DNA of 64,000 bases from Malacoraja senta. Taxonomy: Eukaryota. Below, in pieces: positions 37,095 to 50,424 of the stretch. A program made the translations under genes and the position numbers. Under the pieces are notes generated by a model, which saw only the letters and a program-made list of their open reading frames with translations, did not search any database and was not told the DNA's origin. The stretch lies in contig CM075989.1 in the NCBI GenBank assembly GCA_038087875.1, positions 22,322,001-22,386,000 of the forward strand, given 5' to 3'. Every line of letters begins with the position of its first letter. Within the stretch, counting starts at the first letter, position 1.

Positions 37095-37570
37095 ATCAAG
37101 GAATCAGGGGGTACGGGGAGAAAGCAGGAACGTGGTACTGATTTTGCATGATCAGCCATGATCATATTGAATGGCGGTGCTGGCTCGAAGGGCCGAATGG
37201 CCTATTCTTGCACCTATTTTCTATGTTTCTATGGTCTCTTAATGCTGTTTCTGGGACGTTGATTGCAAGTTTAGTTTAGAGAACAGTGTGGAAACAGGCC
37301 CTTCGGCCCATCAAGTTGGCATCAACTGCACACCAGTTCTATGCTATCCCACTGTTGCATCCTGCACCCTAGGGACAATTTACAGAAGCCAATTAACCTG
37401 CAAACCCGCACGTCTTTGGAATGTGGGAGGAAACCGGAGCACCTGGAGAAAACCCACGAGGTCACAAGGAGAATTATACAAACTAAACACAGACAGCACC
37501 CGGGGTCAGGATCGAACCCGGGCCTCTGGCTCTGCAAGGCAGTAGCTCTACTGCTGTGCCACTGTGGCAC
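37095..37570. mobile_element. CR1 tail (+, 37095-37235) and HE1 SINE (-, 37268-37570)
   Basis: Matches other copies in the window. Confidence 0.82.
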
Positions 37571-38120
37571 CTCCAATGATTAGTGATACCCCCAGATGGT
37601 GAATGGCACAATATAAACAAGTCTTACTTTCAACTGCACACACAAGATTTGATGAGCGATGATTGTCTAGAAGGTAGTAAAACTATAATGTTATTTGTTC
37701 ATGACTGATTGTTTTTCTCAATAAACACTATGGTATTGCATGTGAATTGAAATCCCTTCCTGAAATTTAGCTCCATGAGAGACTGAGAATATCTTTGCAT
37801 TTCCTGTGTTTCAGTCCCGTGTAGACAGACAGAGGGAGCAGTATTAACAATCAAGAGCATGTGAAGTGTCTTGGACTCAGGTAGGGAGGGATTGGACCAG
37901 GGGGGATAGGATGGAGTCGAGGTATGTGGAAATTAATTTGGTCTGAAGAAGGGTCTCGACCCGAAACTTCACCCAATCCTTCTCTCCAGAGATGCTGCCT
38001 GTCCCGCTGAGTTACTCCAGCATTTGGTGTCTACCTTCGATAATCCTGAGGGCACTGTTTTGATTGATTGAACAATTCAGCAAGGAGACAAATCCTTCAG
38101 CTCACCAAGTCCACGTTGAC

Positions 38121-38223
38121 GGTAGACAAAAATGCTGGAGAAACTCAGCGGGTGCAGCAGCATCTATGGAGCGAAGGAAATAGGCAAAGTTTCGGGCCAA
38201 AACCCTTCTTCAGACTTCTTTAA
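38121..38223 (-). mobile_element. Penelope-derived short insertion with 18-bp TSD
   Basis: CACCAAGTCCACGTTGAC at 38103-38120 and 38224-38241. Confidence 0.85.
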
Positions 38224-38534
38224 CACCAAGTCCACGTTGACCATTGATTATCCATTGAAACTAGTTCTGCTTTGTCCCACTTTCCCATCCACTCCCTGCA
38301 CACTGAGCACAATTTAGAGGCCTATGAACCTACAAACCCACACGACTTTGGGATGTTGGATTGAAAAAAAAAAATTGGATTCGTTCAGTACACACATGAC
38401 AATAAACTGAACTGAGCTACTCTAGGAAAGAACGGATATTGGAGACGGCATAATATGGTGTTGTCAAAAAAGGACGGGAGCATGTTATACCAGCATGACA
38501 AGGTTTGGCCTGGAGTGTTGACTCTGTTATAGCC

Positions 38535-39290
38535 AATAGACAATAGGTGCAGGGGTAGACCATTCAGCTCTTCGAGACAGCACCGCCATTCACTGTGATC
38601 ATGGCTGATCATCCACAATCAGTACCCCGTTCCTGCCTTCTCCCCATATCCCCTGACTCTGCTATCTTTAATAGCTCTATCTATCTCTCTCTTGAAAGCA
38701 TCCAGAGAATCGGCCTGCACTGCCCTCTGAGGCAAAGAATTCCGCAGATTCACAACTCTCCGGGTAAAAAAGTTTTTCCTCATTTCCGTTCTAAATGGCC
38801 AACCCCTTATTCTTAAACAGTGGCCCCTGGTCCTGGACTCCCCTGACATCGGGAACATGTTTCCTGCCTGTAGTGTGTCCAATCCCTTAATAAACCTATA
38901 TGTTTCAATAAGATATCCTCTCATCCTTCTAAATTCTGGTGTATACAAGCTCAGTCGCTCCATTCTTTCAACATCTGACAGTCCCGCCATCCCGGGAATT
39001 AACCTCATGAACCTACGCTGCACTCCCTCAATAGCAAGAATATCCTTCCCCAAATTTGGAGAACTAAACAGCACACAATACTCCAGGTGTGGTCTCACCA
39101 GGGCCCCGTACAACTGAAGAAGGACCTCTTTGCTCCGATACTCAACTCCTCTTGTTATGAAGGCCAACATGCCATTCGCTTTCTCCACTGCATGCTTACT
39201 TTCAGTGACTGATGTACAAGGACACCCAGATCTCGTTGTACTTCCCTTTTCCTAACTTGAAACTATTCAGATAATAATCTGCCTTCCTGT
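38535..39290 (-). mobile_element. CR1/HER1 LINE 3' fragment
   Basis: KANGMLAFITRGVEYRSKEVLLQLYGALVRPHLEYCV..RRVVNLRNSLP. Confidence 0.93.
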
Positions 39291-39606
39291 TGTGAAATAC
39301 TGGAGGAAAAAGTGGTTCCAGAGTGAGGATTGAAAGAGCCCGCTGTCGGATTATTGCAGGAGTGTGATATTGTAGTCCTCGTAACCTGATACCAGATCAA
39401 TGTAACTCCATTGGAAGAGTGTGATTGGTGTGAGGCAAATGAGAGAAATGCTTGCCTTGTTTTTTTGCTTAAATTAGTTGGTACCTTTTGGAGGGACATG
39501 GGCCAAACATACGCAGGTGCGACTAGTGTAGCTGGGACATGTTGGCTTGTGTGGGCAAGCTGGGCCGAAGGGTCTGCTTCCACACTGTATCACTCCATGA
39601 CTCTGT

Positions 39607-39960
39607 GACGACAGATGGCGCAATGGGCTAAGTGTTCGGCTGGCAACCGGAAGGTAGCCGGTTCGAATCCCGCTTGGAGTGCATATTGTCGTTGTGTCCT
39701 TGGGCAAGACACTTCACCCACCTTTGCCTGCGTGTGAATGTGTGTGAATGTGTGTGAGTGATTGGTGGTGGTCGGAGGGGCCGTAGGCGCAGATTAGCAG
39801 CCACGCTTCCGTCAGTCTGCCCCAGGGCAGCTGTGGCTACAGAAGTAGCTCACCACCACCGAGTGTGACTGAGGAGTGAATGAATAATGCGATGTAAAGC
39901 GCCTTGAGTATTAGAAAGGCGCTATATAAATCCCATCCATTATTATTATTATTATTATTA
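39607..39960 (+). mobile_element. tRNA-derived CORE-SINE with L2-type tail (teleost AFC/SINE_TE-like)
   Basis: A box TGGCGCAATGG 39616-39626, B box GGTTCGAATCC 39660-39670, CORE GTGTCCTTGGGCAAGACACTT, tail TGTAAAGCGCCTTGAG..AAAGGCGCTATATAAAT, then (ATT)n. Confidence 0.85.
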
Positions 39961-40125
39961 TGATTCTAGTGTAAAGCAGCTTCATCCAAGCTAACATTTC
40001 TTATCTGAAGAAAGTTCCCAACCCAAAACATCACCTATCCTTGTTTTCCAGAGATGCTGCCTGACCTGCTGAGTCACTTCAGCACTTTGTTTCTTGTGGA
40101 AGCGGTGTCTTTTTAAGTTACTGAT

Positions 40126-40385
40126 GGGCGGCACGGTGGCGCAGTGGTAGAGTTGCTGCCTCACAGCGCCAGAGACCCAGGTTTGATCCTGACTACGGGT
40201 GCTGTCTGTACGGAGTTTGTACGTTCTCCCTGTGACCGTGTGGGTTTTCTCCAAGAGCTCCGGTTTCCTCCCACATTCCAAAGACGTGCGGATTTGTAGG
40301 TTAATTGGCTTCGGTAAAATTTATGAATTATCCCTAGTGTGTGTAGGATAGTGTTAGTGTGTGGGGATCGCTGGTTGGTGTGGGC
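40126..40385 (+). mobile_element. HE1-type V-SINE
   Basis: A/B boxes, V domain. Confidence 0.9.
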
Positions 40386-40844
40386 TCATTACATGGTGTA
40401 TGGATACTGTATGACTCTACACTGATTCCACACTGTATGATTCCATAACCCCATGACCTAATTCGCCTACATTAACCTTCAGCACTTATGGTGCTAGACT
40501 TAGCCTGTAGTAAGTTGGCTTGCCTTACTGTTCAATGTATTGAGGTCATTGCACCATTAAGTGCTAATGCCTGAATCTTGACATAGATTTGTATGTTGCC
40601 CTATAATGTAATTGTGAAATACTTATAGTAAATCATTCTTCAAATTTACTTTTAATTCTTTGAACCAATCTTTCCCTTAGAGAGTTGGGCTCTGTGTGTA
40701 GATAGCTATTATAACTGGCACATCCCATCTGACCTACAATGTGCCTTCAAGTTCAATGTGTTTTCACTAGAGGTATTTTGCTGAAAATCTTGATCTATCT
40801 GACGCTGTGTTTTGTCAGATAGTCTATGTAGTCATATAGTCCAT

Positions 40845-41240
40845 ATGGCAGCTTACAACCCAGCGGTATGAATATTGAGTAACACTTGCTTTCCCTCTCT
40901 CTCCATCCCTCCCCCACCCTAGTTCTCCCACTAGTTTCACTGTCATTCTGATGAATTACAGTGATTCTATGCCTCCTCAGCTAACAATGAACCATTCTAC
41001 ATTCTTGTACGGAGTTTGTACGTTTTCTCTGTGACCTGTGTGGGTTTTCACCGAGAACTGGTTTCCTCCCACACTCAAAAGAAGTACAGGTTTGTAGGTT
41101 GATTGGCTTGATATAATTGTAAAAATTGTCCCTAGTGTAGGATGGTGTTAATATGCGGGGATCGCTGGTTGGTGCGGACTCAGTGGGCCGAAGGGCCTGT
41201 TTCCACGCTGTATAACTAAACTAAACTAAACTAAACTAAA
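40845..41240 (+). mobile_element. Penelope fragment (40845-41005) followed by a 5'-truncated HE1 SINE
   Basis: GGCAGCTTACAACCCAGCGGTATGAATATTGA (GSLQPSGMNI, GIY-YIG end); SINE V domain and (CTAAA)n. Confidence 0.78.
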
Positions 41241-41494
41241 GATGTTCACACTCTATCATAGAACCCAGGGTTCCTGAAAGAGCTACTTTTCCTGATATCT
41301 TTGCCCTCCCTGTTTGAATTATTTAAGGATGACTTAACATTAAGGGCAAAACATGTCATTGTGTGGTGTCCAAGAACGTATTCCTTCATCGTAGTATTGA
41401 TAATGGAGAAAATTAGTGGATTTGTTCAAAACATTCAGATGATGAGTTTTGCTCGGGATGTTGTCTAATAGAAAATTTCTTTGAAGTTAAAGTA

Positions 41495-42070
41495 ACTGGA
41501 ATCGTAAACCAGAGGACGTAGGTTTAAGGTGAGGGGGGAAAGATTGACCTTTTTCACAAAGAGGGCGGTGAGTGCATGGAACAAGCTGCCGGAAGAGGTA
41601 GTTGAGGCAGGGGCTATTACAATGTTTAAGAAACATTCAGACAGGTTCGTGGATAGGACAGGTTTAGAGGGATATGGGCCAAATGCAGGCAGGTAGGACT
41701 AGTGTAGATGGGACATGTTGGTCGGTGTAGGCAAGTTGGGCCGAATGGCCTGTTTCTCTGCTCCATGACTCTATAACCAGAAAAGCAATCTCAAAACACA
41801 TAGAAAAATAGAAACATAGAAAAATAGGTGCTGGAGTAGGTCATTTGGCCCTTTGAGCCAGCACCACCATTCAATATGATCATGGCTGATCATCTAAAAT
41901 CAGTTTCCCATTCCTGATTTCTCCCCATATCCCTTGATTCCGTTAGCCCTAAGAGTTAAATCTAACTCTCTCTTGAAAACATCCAGTGAATTGGCCTCCA
42001 CTGCCTTCTGTGGCAGAGAATTCCACAGATTCACAACTCTCTGGGTGAAAAAGTTTTTCCTCATCTCAGT
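41495..42070. mobile_element. Two CR1 3' ends, tail to tail (41495-41775 +, 41800-42070 -)
   Basis: Typical CR1 3' sequences. Confidence 0.82.
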
Positions 42071-42689
42071 TATGATGAAATGATGCTATGTTGCTCTGCC
42101 AGAAGTGCCACGATCAGTGACCGAAGTGTTAGCTAAGACTCTGGAGAGAATTCAGCTACGTTTTACAATTTATATTGGCCTCCAGTTTAGCTAAATTAGA
42201 CATGCAACAAAATATTGATTTTTCTTCCAGATGCTCAACGTAACCGAACAAGAATAGAAAAACATAACACAGATGAGACATATTACAACAGAACACATTT
42301 GCAGCATTAATTGACATAACCATGATACAATAATGGTCCTTCATAGATTTTAGTATTTGAAATGGTGGGGGTTGCAATGAAGTAATATTTTACTAAATCG
42401 ATGCAACATTGACCTTGTTCTGAATGTATGAAATTCTTAAGGCACCACGTCAGTTAGGGTTACTAAATTGGTAAAGGCCACATCAATGTACCTAACAGGT
42501 GTTTCCTGTATTCTTGAATGTTAATGGATTGTCCATTGTCCGTGACTGGTTACACCTTACCCAACAAAGTCATTTGTCTCAAGACCTTTTAATGAGTTTG
42601 GACTTTAACAGATGTGCATATAGTTTCCTGCCAATTAAGTGACCGGAATGGTGCCGGACTAACATAATATTTACGGACTCAGTCTACTA

Positions 42690-43240
42690 AAGATAGACGC
42701 AAAATGCTGGAGCAACTCAGCGGGTCAGTCAGCATCTCTGGAGAAAAGAAATAGTTGATGTTTTTCGGGACAAGACCCTTCTTCAGACTCACTGACAGGT
42801 ACAAAGGCCAAATCGTCGGGTACTTTTAAAGCAGAGGTTGACAGGTTCTTGATTAGGGTGTCAAAGGTTATGGGGAGAAGGCAGGAGAATGGAGTTGAGA
42901 GGGAAAGATAGATCGGCCATGTTTGAATGGTGGAGTAGACTTGATGGGCCGAATGGCCTAATTCTGCTCCTATGTCATGTTTATTTGAATTACTGATTAA
43001 TTTTCAGAACATCTGTGAAAAATACTGAAACAATGTTGATTCTTTAGATAAGTTCACAAGTTCATTATTAACAGGAGCAGAATTAGGCCATTCGGCCCAT
43101 CGAGCCTACTCCACCATTCAATCATGGCTGGCCTACCTTTCCCTCTCAATCCCATTCTCCTGCCTTCTCCCCATTACCTTAGACACCCTTATTAATCAAG
43201 AACCTGTCAATCTCCACTTTGAAAATGCCCAATGACTTGG
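42690..43240. mobile_element. Penelope-derived piece and two CR1 tails (42805-42975 +, 43060-43240 -)
   Basis: Match to other copies in the window. Confidence 0.75.
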
Positions 43241-43511
43241 CTAAGATATCCAAATGACCACTAAGATAACACCCAAGACAGCATCACTCCCAACGCACTA
43301 CTGACGACTGACACGCTTTGGGTTCTCTCCAATTCACACATCATCCTGACTCAGAGATACATCTATGTCCCTTGATCTCCATTGTATCTACACCCTGTCA
43401 ATCCCTATTCACCAATATTGCTGGATTACAATCAACTGAAGGACTGCAGTTGTTCAAAGCGATGATTTGCCCCCAAATGTCCAAGAGAAATTAATAATAT
43501 GCAACAAATTA

Positions 43512-43812
43512 CGGCATCGTGGCGCAGCGGTAGAGTTGCTCACAGCGCCAGAGACCCGGGTTCGATCCTGACCTACGGGTGCTGTCTGTATGGAGTCTGT
43601 ACGTTTGCCACGTGACCTGCATGGGGTTTTCTCAGGGAGCTCCGGTTTCCTGCCACACTCCAAAGACGCACAGGTTTGTAGGTTAATTGGCTTCAGTAAA
43701 AAAATTGTAAATTGTCCCAAGTGTGTCGGATAGCGTTGGTGTACAGGGATCGCTGGTCGGCTTGGGCTCGGTGGGCCAAAGTGCCTGCTTCTGCGCTGTA
43801 TATCTAAGGTCT
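43512..43812 (+). mobile_element. HE1-type V-SINE
   Basis: A/B boxes, V domain, tail. Confidence 0.88.
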
Positions 43813-43899
43813 AAAGTCTGAAAAGTCTAAATGCTGGCTCTGCCAATGACACACACACCACCTAAAACTCAATTTACGTGTTAAAATGATTTTGACATC

Positions 43900-46800
43900 A
43901 CTTGTTGAGTTGTCTTGTATTCATTCTGCAAGGTTAGTTGTAGACTGAATGAACAGTTTATTAGGAGTAATCGTGCACTAACTTTCTCAAAGCCATAGCT
44001 AGAATCTTTGTGATTTGATACATTCTGCAGCAGAAGCTGGAGTCAGTGTAAGTGGGTATCTCTGTGCACAGAACACAGGCTGGCTGTTGTTTGGTCCAGC
44101 AGTTCTTCAACTTGCTTCAGATTTGCCTAGACTTTTTTTAAGTAATCGCTTTCTCGGCTCTGTCTTTGTGGCAAAGGATGGTGTCTGTACCATTACCGTA
44201 GCTCTTGTTACCAACCACACACGAAACACTGCACAGTGTTCAGACGTTGAATAGAAAATTGCACTTGAGCGCTCTTACCACCCCCTCCCCCTTTAACAAG
44301 GGGGGGCCCTGAAAGCTTTATAAATTTGCAGTGCTCTTGAAAATAAGCCCTTCACACCTGAAACCTTTCACACAGGCAGAAAAGCAACCCTTCAAACCCC
44401 TTAATTGCCTATTGCATCCAAGCACGCTGAACAAGTGTATTATATGGCCGGCTGCAAGACAAATGCCTAAATGCACGAAATGAAATGGTTTCTTCCAATT
44501 GTGTGTATAGTATTAAGACTGCAGTATCACTTTTTGTTGGCTGACAGTGACGGCAATCAGAATTATCAAAAATCACATCTATACATTGCTTCTTGTTTGA
44601 CATCTGTTGATATTCTTGTTACATGTAATTATGTGAACAGAGAGGTGTAAGTGTTTTGAAGGTCTTTTTTTCTTTTTTGTTACCCATTTTTGGGGATCTC
44701 AGATTTGGAAAAGTAAAACTGTGCATGGGAAAATCAATAATGGGTGCACAAATTAAACTTTTAGAACCAGTGGAATTAACTAGACAACTTCAAAAAAATA
44801 AATAGCTTGATTGACCAATTCCTTTGTTAATCATAGTTACCAAAAGTATACATTTAGATGGTTTTCAGATAGATACAGTTATCATATTTCATGATATGTT
44901 ATTTGCAAGGTCCTATATACCACAATGATTGTATTAAACAGCAGTAATTCCATAGTCAGGATATTTTTTGCTATAGACAGCAGACAAAATAAGTTTATAG
45001 GCAGCCAAAAACTTTTCTTTCCTTGTCGAAAACTGTTGAGGCAACTTATATTTTATTAATTGACTAAGCCACATTTTAACAAGAAAACTAACTTGTCAAT
45101 TAAGTGCCGCAATGCTGTATAAAATTCCATTGTCAGATAAAATGAAGGTCAAAAGGAAACTTCATAGTAATAATGTAATATTTGAAAATTAATATCTAGA
45201 AATGCAATTTCATCCCGACTGCTTTGCTTCAAGTTAACATTTATGCATACTTGTGAAAAACTAACACTGAATGCGCCATTTTTAAAGATAAATCGTAATG
45301 CATATAATTTAATTTTGCAGTTTTATCCTGTTGCAACAGGACTCTGATAATAATACAGTTATGTCACCAAAAATACTTCTTCAAGAGTAAAATGTTGGCA
45401 TCTAATAAAGACAGGATAAACCAAATCAACTTTTTTTTATTTTGGGTACTACAGAGTTTACATTTCCTGGGCAGTAAATCATGCCAAAATTATGAGGTAA
45501 CACAGCAAAGGAACTTAATAATCAGCAGACCACTCTTTCCTTAATGATGAACCAGTTCTTTATTTTATAAATAATTTCTTTGTTTTGCTCGCATCGTGTG
45601 TGTATTTATGCCGAGGAAGTATTGACATTAGCAGCGTTTTAAGTGCCTAATTTACCTAGCAGAAAACCACATTTCAATTCAGCTTTGTTTAAGTAAGTGG
45701 GCAGAGAAACAAGACTTTCAGCTGTTAATTACATCTTAAATATCTCCTCTGCTCATGTTTACTTTCCCCAGGCAAACAGCAAAGGCTCGGAATTCCTTGA
45801 CAGGTTAACCATAAATTATCTTTATCAGACACCACCCTTCAATTTTTTTTTCATCTCTAGTCAGCTGCATCCAACTCCCCATAATCCTGACCCATTGGAA
45901 GCTTTGGGTCCTCCCAGATGTTCTTTGGAAAGGGAAAAAAAAAATCTAATCAGAAAAGGTAATCATCCTTGCAAGTCTGAAAATATGGGGCCCAGCTTGT
46001 TGAGCAGTGTACTATAGACCACCAGAAAAGTCTCCAGCACTGAGAACTCCCACGTTTTTCCCATCTCGGGAACAAAAATCCTTAAGAAGCCCCCAAACAG
46101 AAAATGAAATCAGTTAATTATGTTCCAGTGCTAAAAAACAGGACTAATAACCATAAATAGTCCATTGAGTAGCTCAGCTGTAGTATTTTTTTCCAGTTAG
46201 AAATAATCTGCTTACATAGTTAGGCAAGGCTAAGCTTCTGACACTAATTACCAGCTGTTGTACCTTCACGTAAAAGACCAACCACCAAGCTCACTGCAAA
46301 AGGGTTGACCGTTTACACAATACACCATTCGCAAATAACAACAAGTGGAATGAAAATGCTTTTGAGCCACTGAGGGGGTGGTGGTGGTGGAGGTGGGGGG
46401 GGGGAAGCCTCTCTGCCACCACTTTTTTTTCTTTATTATGCATTCATGTATAGGCTAATAATGCGCAAACTGGGAGAAAATGACAGACTTAAAAAAAAAA
46501 AAAATGAAAGGCAGAATGGACCGGGGGCAATCAAGGTCCCTCCTCCCCATTTTGCCACAGGGAGCCCCGCGCATTATCACTTAGCGGCCAGGTTTAAGAT
46601 GAAATAATGAATGAATCCTTTAGCTTTTCACGTTGTGTCCGCAAGACCATTGAATCTGGGTGCACGTTTTTTTTTTTTTAAGTTCTGAGCGCTGTGCGAA
46701 ACAGGTAAGTTGTTTTAGCCTGTCGTCTTTGTAGATGCATCAAATTCCTAAACAGTTGTGCTAAAACCATGAAGAACACAGTATTTAACATGAACTGCTC

Positions 46801-49800
46801 TTTCCCCCAATGCATTATTTTCAGCGCTTCTGCACCGCTCGGGAAAAAATGTTTCCTAACACAAGGAACATGCTTTCCCTTCTTTTAATTTATGTTATTT
46901 GCATGCATGGTTATCCCCCTTCATCTAAAATGGCTTAAACCCTGTTAACTCTGCTTCCTTATCAGCCTGCCGGCAGAATTTGTGATTCATAGCAGTCATC
47001 AAAGTGATAATAAACTCATTCACAATACTAACAAACACAGGCTCCAGTTATTTACGAGGCAAATTCACTTCGACTGCTACCGAGGATGAAAAAAAACCCC
47101 AAGATGGTGTAGATTGATAAATCGACAGGTTAATTTACAAGCATATAATGGGAATAAGAGCCAGAGGGGGTGAGTCTAGTTTCTATCATGGATATAGTGC
47201 CATCTACCCAGTGCCCAGAAAACTGCAGCGTTGCCTTTCTACCTTATATCTGCGTTTGCATTCGAAGGATGTGTGTGTGTGTGTGTGTATATATATATGT
47301 AAACAAAAATATGGGGTAGGTTACCAATTTGGGTGATTTTAATTTAAAACTGACGCATGGCCTTATCACATATCTTAACCACATATTTCAATGTCAATGG
47401 GAGCTAAGTTTTAAGTTGCAAAAACAATCAGCGCGGTGCTGAACATCTGGGATTAAAGATGTTAGCTGGCAGTGACTAACAAGGTTGTAATTCAATCCAG
47501 TCCCCGTGACATCATAAACCCACGAGAGTGAAAGTTCTGGAGCTCTCGGACATTCAGAACAGCCCATCCAGCCTGAATTGTCGCCTTTGAGCCGACTGTC
47601 CGCCAAACTGTTCTCTTCAAGGTCTTCCTGAAGACAGGGTGAGGGTGGCATGATATAGGTGGAAGGGTAATGATGCAGGCACTGATTAGTTCAGGCCTGA
47701 AGGAATTGCCTTGCAGTTTACTGGCCATCGGAGTATTATCCTGGATCATTGATAGGCAAACTTTTTTTTTAGGACATGTCCATAGAATAAAAGTCTCTGC
47801 TTTGTGGAATAAAGCTAAACATGGTTTTATTTTCATGCTGATTCGTAAGGGACAATGAAATAAAAATCCTAAAGCAATAACAGTTTGTAAATTGATTGTG
47901 ACCAATTGATTAGTCCAGTGTGTGTTAGTATGCATTAACATTCTTTAAATTACATAACACAGGATTATTTCAAACTGCGATATCTAGAATTACTCCTCTT
48001 CAAAAGCTCACTGAAGACTGTGCATTTTGAAATATCATTGAAGCCGTTTTCTCTGTCCATAATATGTACAATAACTAAAAATTCATACCTCATAATTGCA
48101 TCATCATATGTAGCAGTTTTAAGTTGTGGTACTTTCAACTATTTTTTTGGAGCAGCATTTTTGTATCACGGCCTTTGAATTCCAACCATTAAACATATTA
48201 CATGAATGATATTGTATAGAAATTAAATCCAGAACAATATTATAGGAAACATATTATAGGAATTGTTTAATTTTGTTCTGAAGTTGTCAATTTACCATAA
48301 AAGATTGTGATATAATGAAAAGCCATCTTAGAAAATCGATCATTGTTAAATATTATTTTCATGTTCACGATAAACTGAAGGCTAATTTTGCTTTTATAAC
48401 ATTTCTGATTTTTGCAAGTCAGTCTTGAATTTTTGATACAACCTCCCGCTTGCTAATGCCGATTTTGTCAGTGATGCAGGAACATTAAAAAGCTGTATCA
48501 ATGGTGTGGTTACGATCCACTATATTGTGCTCTCAATGTAGACGAGGTATAACTAAAAGAGCAGAGGAGAATAGTTTTAAGGATATTTTGTTAGTCATGC
48601 CTACTTGGTAGAAACAAATAAAATAAAATCTGTTTTACCACTCAAGACTTCAGAAATCTAAGACTGCCTAATAGATTTAAGAAGCTATTTTTCAGTTCTG
48701 CCCGATACCATAAAACAGATAGATGTTGATGGAAGGTCAGAGTTTTTTCTCCTATGTTCGGCTAGCCGCAGACACAGAATGGTAGGGGTTGGAGAATGTT
48801 TAGGAAAGGAAAGGTTAGCGTAATCTCTCCAATTTTTATTTTACTCCACCCCCCCCCCCCCCACCCCCGAAAGATACAGAGTGAAGGAAATGAACTTCCA
48901 TGTATTTTAAAAAAAAAATCAATTTCTAAATATCGCAACAGCCTTCAACATTAGCTGCCAGAGTCTCTCAAATACTGTAATGCCTTTTGTGCAGCACAGC
49001 TTTGTACCGAGGAGTATGTTTACTATTTGCAGATTGTAATGAGAATAAATTAATGCCAGAACAAATATTCGCTCTGCATAAAAATACCAATTTACAATGC
49101 TGGTTATCACATATTGTGCATATGAGTATTTGTAATATCTTTATGATTAATAGGCCAGAATTCTTTTTTTCAAATTTACTATGAATCCTATTGATTAATT
49201 TAATTTCTTCCTGATATTAGTCGAATTATCAGAATAATAAAAATTGTGTATCATGCATATTGTTCTTATGATATAACCCCAGGCCTGGTTTTCTGAGTAT
49301 CTCTTGGATATATCGCACTATCATCATTCGGTTCGAACTGCATTCATTTTATTTTTCTGCCATAGTCGTACCGTGGAATTCAAAGGCACTAAAGCGGAAA
49401 GTGAGAGCAGAAGGATATTCAAATAAACTTAGTCCAACTGCATAAGTTTATTAAACACCTGAGGGTCTGTGGCAGTCTTAATTAGTGCTAATGTGTAACC
49501 TATTCACAGTAACATTTAACAAACTTTTCTGAAACGTACACTCAGACGTGATTAAGCATAAGTACTTGTGATATTTCATTAGGTTTAACTAGGTAACACT
49601 TACCTGTGACTTACTGCAGTTCTTTTCAGCTGTCAGTTTCATTTTAGCAAGTTAATTTGATAACCTGATGGATGGGGGAGTATTGAACGTCTCCACAATC
49701 TTCGTGAACAATTTAATACAATAGATAGAAATAAGGTTTTTGTGTGAAGTTGAAACGTGGAAATAAAACGCTAATTCGACATTGCCGACTAATTTTAATG

Positions 49801-50210
49801 CAATTAATATCTAGAGTAATTATTTATTTTTCTTCCCTCGTTGGGTTAAATATCCGTGCTTGTTATATTCGAACAAGCCCATTGAGAGCCTTCTCCAAGG
49901 CACAGATCCTTCCTGAAGAGATGCTTAAAACTGCTCACTCTTGGTTAATCTAGAGTAGTGAATTTGGCCAGGCGGTAAGAATTAGAACGCTCAATATTCA
50001 TTGAAACTATTTAATTTAAAGACAACAATTCACCCCCCACCCCCGGACTTGCTGGAGAAGTGTATTGTGTTCTGAACTGCCAAGTGGTTCAGTTAACAAA
50101 GAGTTCAAATCACCTTACTCCTCCTGTCCTTCAGTGGCCCTCCGCAAAGTAAAGTCTGCCCACATGGGAGGATGGCTAAATTGCAATTTTTGTGTCATTA
50201 AGAATGTGGC
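43900..50210. promoter_or_regulatory. Transposon-depleted block; candidate regulatory / non-coding exon region
   Basis: No recognisable SINE/LINE over ~6 kb versus roughly one per kb elsewhere; T-box, NKX and GATA-like motifs; strong splice signals. Confidence 0.35.
47270..47299. repeat. (TG)n(TA)n microsatellite
   Basis: Read directly. Confidence 0.9.
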
Positions 50211-50213
50211 ACC

Positions 50214-50413
50214 NNNNNNNNNNNNNNNNNNNNNNNNNNNNNNNNNNNNNNNNNNNNNNNNNNNNNNNNNNNNNNNNNNNNNNNNNNNNNNNNNNNNNNN
50301 NNNNNNNNNNNNNNNNNNNNNNNNNNNNNNNNNNNNNNNNNNNNNNNNNNNNNNNNNNNNNNNNNNNNNNNNNNNNNNNNNNNNNNNNNNNNNNNNNNNN
50401 NNNNNNNNNNNNN
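50214..50413. other. Assembly gap (200 N)
   Basis: Run of N. Confidence 1.
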
Positions 50414-50424
50414 CACAAATGGAA

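Noticed and set aside
47394..47941. Minus-strand ORFs of 85 and 149 aa in the unique block
   Set aside because: No recognisable domain and no convincing in-frame splice pair; not supportable as host CDS
49939..49960. miR-9-like string TCTTGGTTAATCTAG
   Set aside because: Indels relative to miR-9, including the seed, and no hairpin partner
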